Assembly: GCA_964016885.1 (NCBI GenBank)
Contig: OZ024750.1
Coordinates: 21,266,001 to 21,330,000 of the forward strand
DNA: 64,000 nucleotides
From: Eledone cirrhosa
Taxonomy: Eukaryota
Direction: 5' to 3'
The notes under the pieces were generated by a model. That model did no database searches and had not been told where the DNA came from. It was given only the letters and a program-made list of their open reading frames with translations. Positions within the stretch are counted from its first letter, which is position 1, and every line of letters begins with the position of its first letter. Below are positions 59,685-64,000 of this stretch, piece after piece. The position numbers and the translations under genes were made by a program.

Positions 59685-60992
59685 ACACACAGCCAGTCTC
59701 TCGCATACACGCAGTAATACACACACACACACACACAGCCAGTCTCTCGCATACACGCAGTAATACACACACACACACACACACACACAGCCAGTCTCTC
59801 GCATACACGCAGTAATACAAACACACACACACACAGCCAGTCTCTCGCATACAGTATCACACACATACACACAGTAATACACACAGTAATACACACACAG
59901 CCAGTCTCTCGCATACACACAGTAATACACACACACAGCCAGTCTCTCGCATACACACAGTAATACACACACAGCCAGTCTCTCGCATACACACAGTAAT
60001 ACACACACACAGCCAGTCTCTCGCATACACACAGTAATACACACACAGCCAGTCTCTCGCATACACACAGTAATACACACACAGCCAGTCTCTCGCATAC
60101 ACACAGTAATACACACACACAGCCAGTCTCTCGCATACACACAGTAATACACACACAGCCAGTCTCTCGCATACACACAGTAATACACACACACAGCCAG
60201 TCTCTCGCATACACACAGTAATACACACACAGCCAGTCTCTCGCATACACACAGTAATACACACACAGCCAGTCTCTCGCATACACACAGTAATACACAC
60301 ACACAGCCAGTCTCTCGCATACACACAGTAATACACACACAGCCAGTCTCTCGCATACACACAGTAATACACACACACAGCCAGTCTCTCGCATACACAC
60401 AGTAATACACACACAGCCAGTCTCTCGCATACACACAGTAATACACACACACAGCCAGTCTCTCGCATACACACAGTAATACACACACAGCCAGTCTCTC
60501 GCATACACACAGTAATACACAGCCAGTCTCTCGCATACACACAGTAATACACACACAGCCAGTCTCTCGCATACACACAGTAATACACACACAGCCAGTC
60601 TCTCGCATACACACAGTAATACACACACACAGCCAGTCTCTCGCATACACACAGTAATACACACACAGCCAGTCTCTCGCATACACACAGTAATACACAC
60701 ACACAGCCAGTCTCTCGCATACACACAGTAATACACACACAGCCAGTCTCTCGCATACACACAGTAATACACACACACAGCCAGTCTCTCGCATACACAC
60801 AGTAATACACACACAGCCAGTCTCTCGCATACACACAGTAATACACACACACAGCCAGTCTCTCGCATACACACAGTAATACACACACAGCCAGTCTCTC
60901 GCATACACACAGTAATACACACACAGCCAGTCTCTCGCATACACACAGTAATACACACACACAGCCAGTCTTTCGCATACAGTATCACACAC
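59685..60992. repeat. 36/38-bp minisatellite with variable (AC)n
   Basis: Unit agccagtctctcgcatacacacagtaat(ac)n. Confidence 0.95.
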
Positions 60993-61445
60993 ATCTCCAT
61001 TTTCTTTCTATCGTTATTATCAACACTATACTCCTCAAGAGTAGGTTATCACCATGCTCGTCGCCATTTCGCTCAATATCATCATCAGCATCATCATCAT
61101 TACCATCACCATGGCTCTCATTAGACATGGCAGCGCAGTTGGCATGTAATATTGAGTTTTAAATTTAATTTACAACAGATTATCGGATATCCGATTTTAG
61201 CATTTATTCAAGAAAACTAGTGTAGAAATAAATGATTCCTTCCTACACACACACATACACATACAAACACGTACACCCACACGCATCCACACACACACAT
61301 ACACACACACACATACATACACATACATACACACACGGACACACAGACACAAACACGCACATATATATATATATATACAAACACGTACACGTACACACAC
61401 ACACATATACACACGTACACACACACACAGGCACACATACACACA

Positions 61446-61484
<39 letters not shown>

Positions 61485-61879
61485 ACACATACAAACACGT
61501 ACACACATAGACACACAGACACACACATACAAACACGTACACACACACACAAACACACACATACAAACACGTACACACACACACAAACACACAGACACAG
61601 ACACACGCACACATACATACACACACATACACACACGTACACACACACTCACAGACACACACGTACATACACACACATACACACATGCATACGCCCACGC
61701 ACGCACACACACACATGCACACATGCACACACACAGGAGTCATATACAAATATTTATACATATACTATGAGTGTAGAAAGAAAAGATTCCTTCGTACACA
61801 CACACACACATATGCATACACACATACACACACGCACAGAAACACAGAGGATCCATACACAAATATTTATACATATATA

Positions 61880-62202
61880 TATGGAAAGTTATATTTAAAT
61901 TGTTGGGTTACAACTAGTAAATATTTATAACTGATATAAAAGCACTCGACAAGTATTTGGAGTATATTTACGATATTAAATAAATGGAAACTATATTTAT
62001 AAAACCATATTTATTTCATTATTCAACTTTTCAAATACAAGTCGATGTTGTACGGTATGTCAAATCTATTTATCTATAAAACTGTTTATATTGTATTTTG
62101 TCTGAGGAAGGCATAGCATATTGTTAATATGATATCCCTGAAATATATATAATGAAATAAATATGGTTTTATAAATATAGTTTCCATTTATTTAATATCG
62201 TA
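61880..62202. mobile_element. Solo PLE pLTR pair: minus arm with tail plus plus-strand tail-less arm with hammerhead
   Basis: 61880-62021 is the reverse complement of about 43980-44121. 62050-62202 matches 43881-44032. It is flanked by short (TA)n. Confidence 0.82.
62094..62159 (+). ncRNA. Minimal type-I hammerhead ribozyme
   Basis: TATTTTGT-CTGAGGA-AGGCATAGCATATT-GTT-AATATGATATCCCT-GAAA-TATATA-TA^ATGAAATA. Stem II is closed by A-U. Confidence 0.75.
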
Positions 62203-63289
62203 TACATATATATATATATTTGTGTGTGTGTGTGTGTCTGTATAACTACCTATGCATATGCATACACAGATATAGCATAAAATTATAAATACACACTCAC
62301 ACACGCATGCAAATTATTTTTATCGAAACATATTGAGAACTGGCAATGGTTATGAAGAATTTTCTTGGACGTATATTTGCTTGTCATCAAACTTGTGCAC
62401 AGCAGATATAATTGAGAGTTCACACGCTATTAGTGGATTCCTTGACTAATTCTCTTAGATTTACAGAGATAATTAATGAGAGCAAACAATTCAGAAAAGG
62501 GGTGATGTCGCTTCTTGCCTCGGTACAATACAAAAACGCCAACTATTAAAACAACACACATGTAAATTGCTGGAAGTGGTGTGGTGACAGGGCGGTTGTT
62601 GAACATGTAAAGATGTGAGGAAAACAATCAAATTTTTCATTAAATTGCCCCAAACCAACTTTCGAATCGAAAACCAATCAGGAAGAATACTTTAAATGCT
62701 GTAGTCATGCATACGCATACAAATATGAGATTGTTACCGCTAAAATATCTGATCATAAGCCTTTTTGATTGGGATATACCTGGGAATGAACAACATCAAT
62801 CACGATAGCACGCAGAAGAATATCTATATAATTTGATTAGAGAGACCGTGAACTATTTATTGTAAGGAACAACATAGAGAGATGAGCTCTTAGGTTATAT
62901 GTTTCATCTGTGGCACAATTTGCAAACATTCTGGCTACGGCAGACTAAATTATTCATTTCCAACCAGCCATAAATTTCAGAAAAAGTGCAAGGAGTAGTA
63001 GATTCTCTCTTTTCTTCTAGGTATAATCTGTTATTGAAAATATCAACCCACGTATAATACTAGTAATATATTTACTTAGTTCCTCATGACTGAAACAATA
63101 AAGATTATTCGGTGGCTTAATTTTCAAAACTGGTTAATGCATTTTAGTTTCTGATCTGAAGACGGATTCCATCATACCCCAAAGTCCTCCCATGTCTTCA
63201 CTTTGGATGCATTTACTGCCTCTGCTGCGATTCTACGTGTTGCTTGTAAAGCAAGTGCAAGCAGGAGGACATATTTTCAGGCTAAACTT

Positions 63290-63740
63290 TGTAAGCCTCC
63301 TCCAATTCACTATCTTTAATTCAGTATTCGTGCCACGCCTTACCCATGGTCATGAATCGCGGGTAACGAAAGAAAGAGTACCATCGCGAATACAAGCCTC
63401 CGAAATAGGGTGCCTGCGAAGGGTATTTGGAGTAAGGTTACTCGATAGAGAGATCAAAGACTCACTCTAGGTAGAGCCTCTACTTCTCCGAATTGAGAGA
63501 TCACCGCTCTGATACTATGGACATGTGGTTAGAATGTCTAAGGCAAGAATCGCTGGACAGATTTTACGGGAAAACCAATCGGCAGGAGACTCCGGCATAG
63601 AACCCGAGCCAGGTGCTTGGCTGGTCTCACTTCGGGATCCAGCTGGAGCAGGTGGAGACGGTTGCTGAAGAAGAAGAGGAGGAAATTTAAGGGTAATACA
63701 TGACGACGTCACTACGACTTCACCAGGAGTTAAGTAACCA
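63290..63740 (+). mobile_element. Degenerate RTE-type LINE 3' fragment
   Basis: IFNSVFVPRLTHGHES...RIQASEIGCLRRVFGVRLLDR...VEPLLLRIERS..YYGHVVRM, with in-frame stops. Confidence 0.78.
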
Positions 63741-64000
63741 TAGCTGACATGGATGCAATGCCATATATGTGAACACGCTTCAGACAGAGATTGAAGCTAT
63801 AACGTCGTTTAATGATTCATGGAGATTCTTTATTCCATGGCTGGGAAGAGCACATATTAACCACAGGTTTGCGATCAGAATGCTATCAACTAATACGCTC
63901 GGTATAAATCATCTAAGAACGAAATGGTGGCGTTACTCAATGTAAAGTTTTAAATCTACAACTCAAGATGTGTTAGCACTAACCCAATTGTCTTCCATTG

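Overview
AT-rich, microsatellite-saturated animal genomic DNA. The repeat content suggests a coleoid cephalopod such as octopus (inference, not confirmed). Only one host coding exon is recognisable: the first coding exon (21910-22329, +) of an NMDA-receptor GluN2/Nmdar2-like subunit. It is followed by an apparent intron of more than 41 kb. The rest is retroelements: RTE LINE fragments, a stack of four R4/Dong-type RLE LINEs in (TAA)n, many tRNA-derived SINEs including a 9-unit tandem array, and minisatellites. The most notable signal is a recurring architecture, (TA)n - inverted arm - arm - short unique tail - (TA)n, seen about 10 times with several unrelated sequences. These are best explained as terminal repeats (pLTRs) of Penelope-like elements (PLEs). 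Two copies retain a GIY-YIG endonuclease remnant, and eight sites show minimal type-I hammerhead ribozyme cores. Four of those cores lie on the sense strand of the GluN2-like intron. The same intron holds a 43-bp minisatellite with about 23 perfect CRE palindromes (TGACGTCA). All alignments and folds were done by eye, so coordinates of degenerate repeats are approximate.
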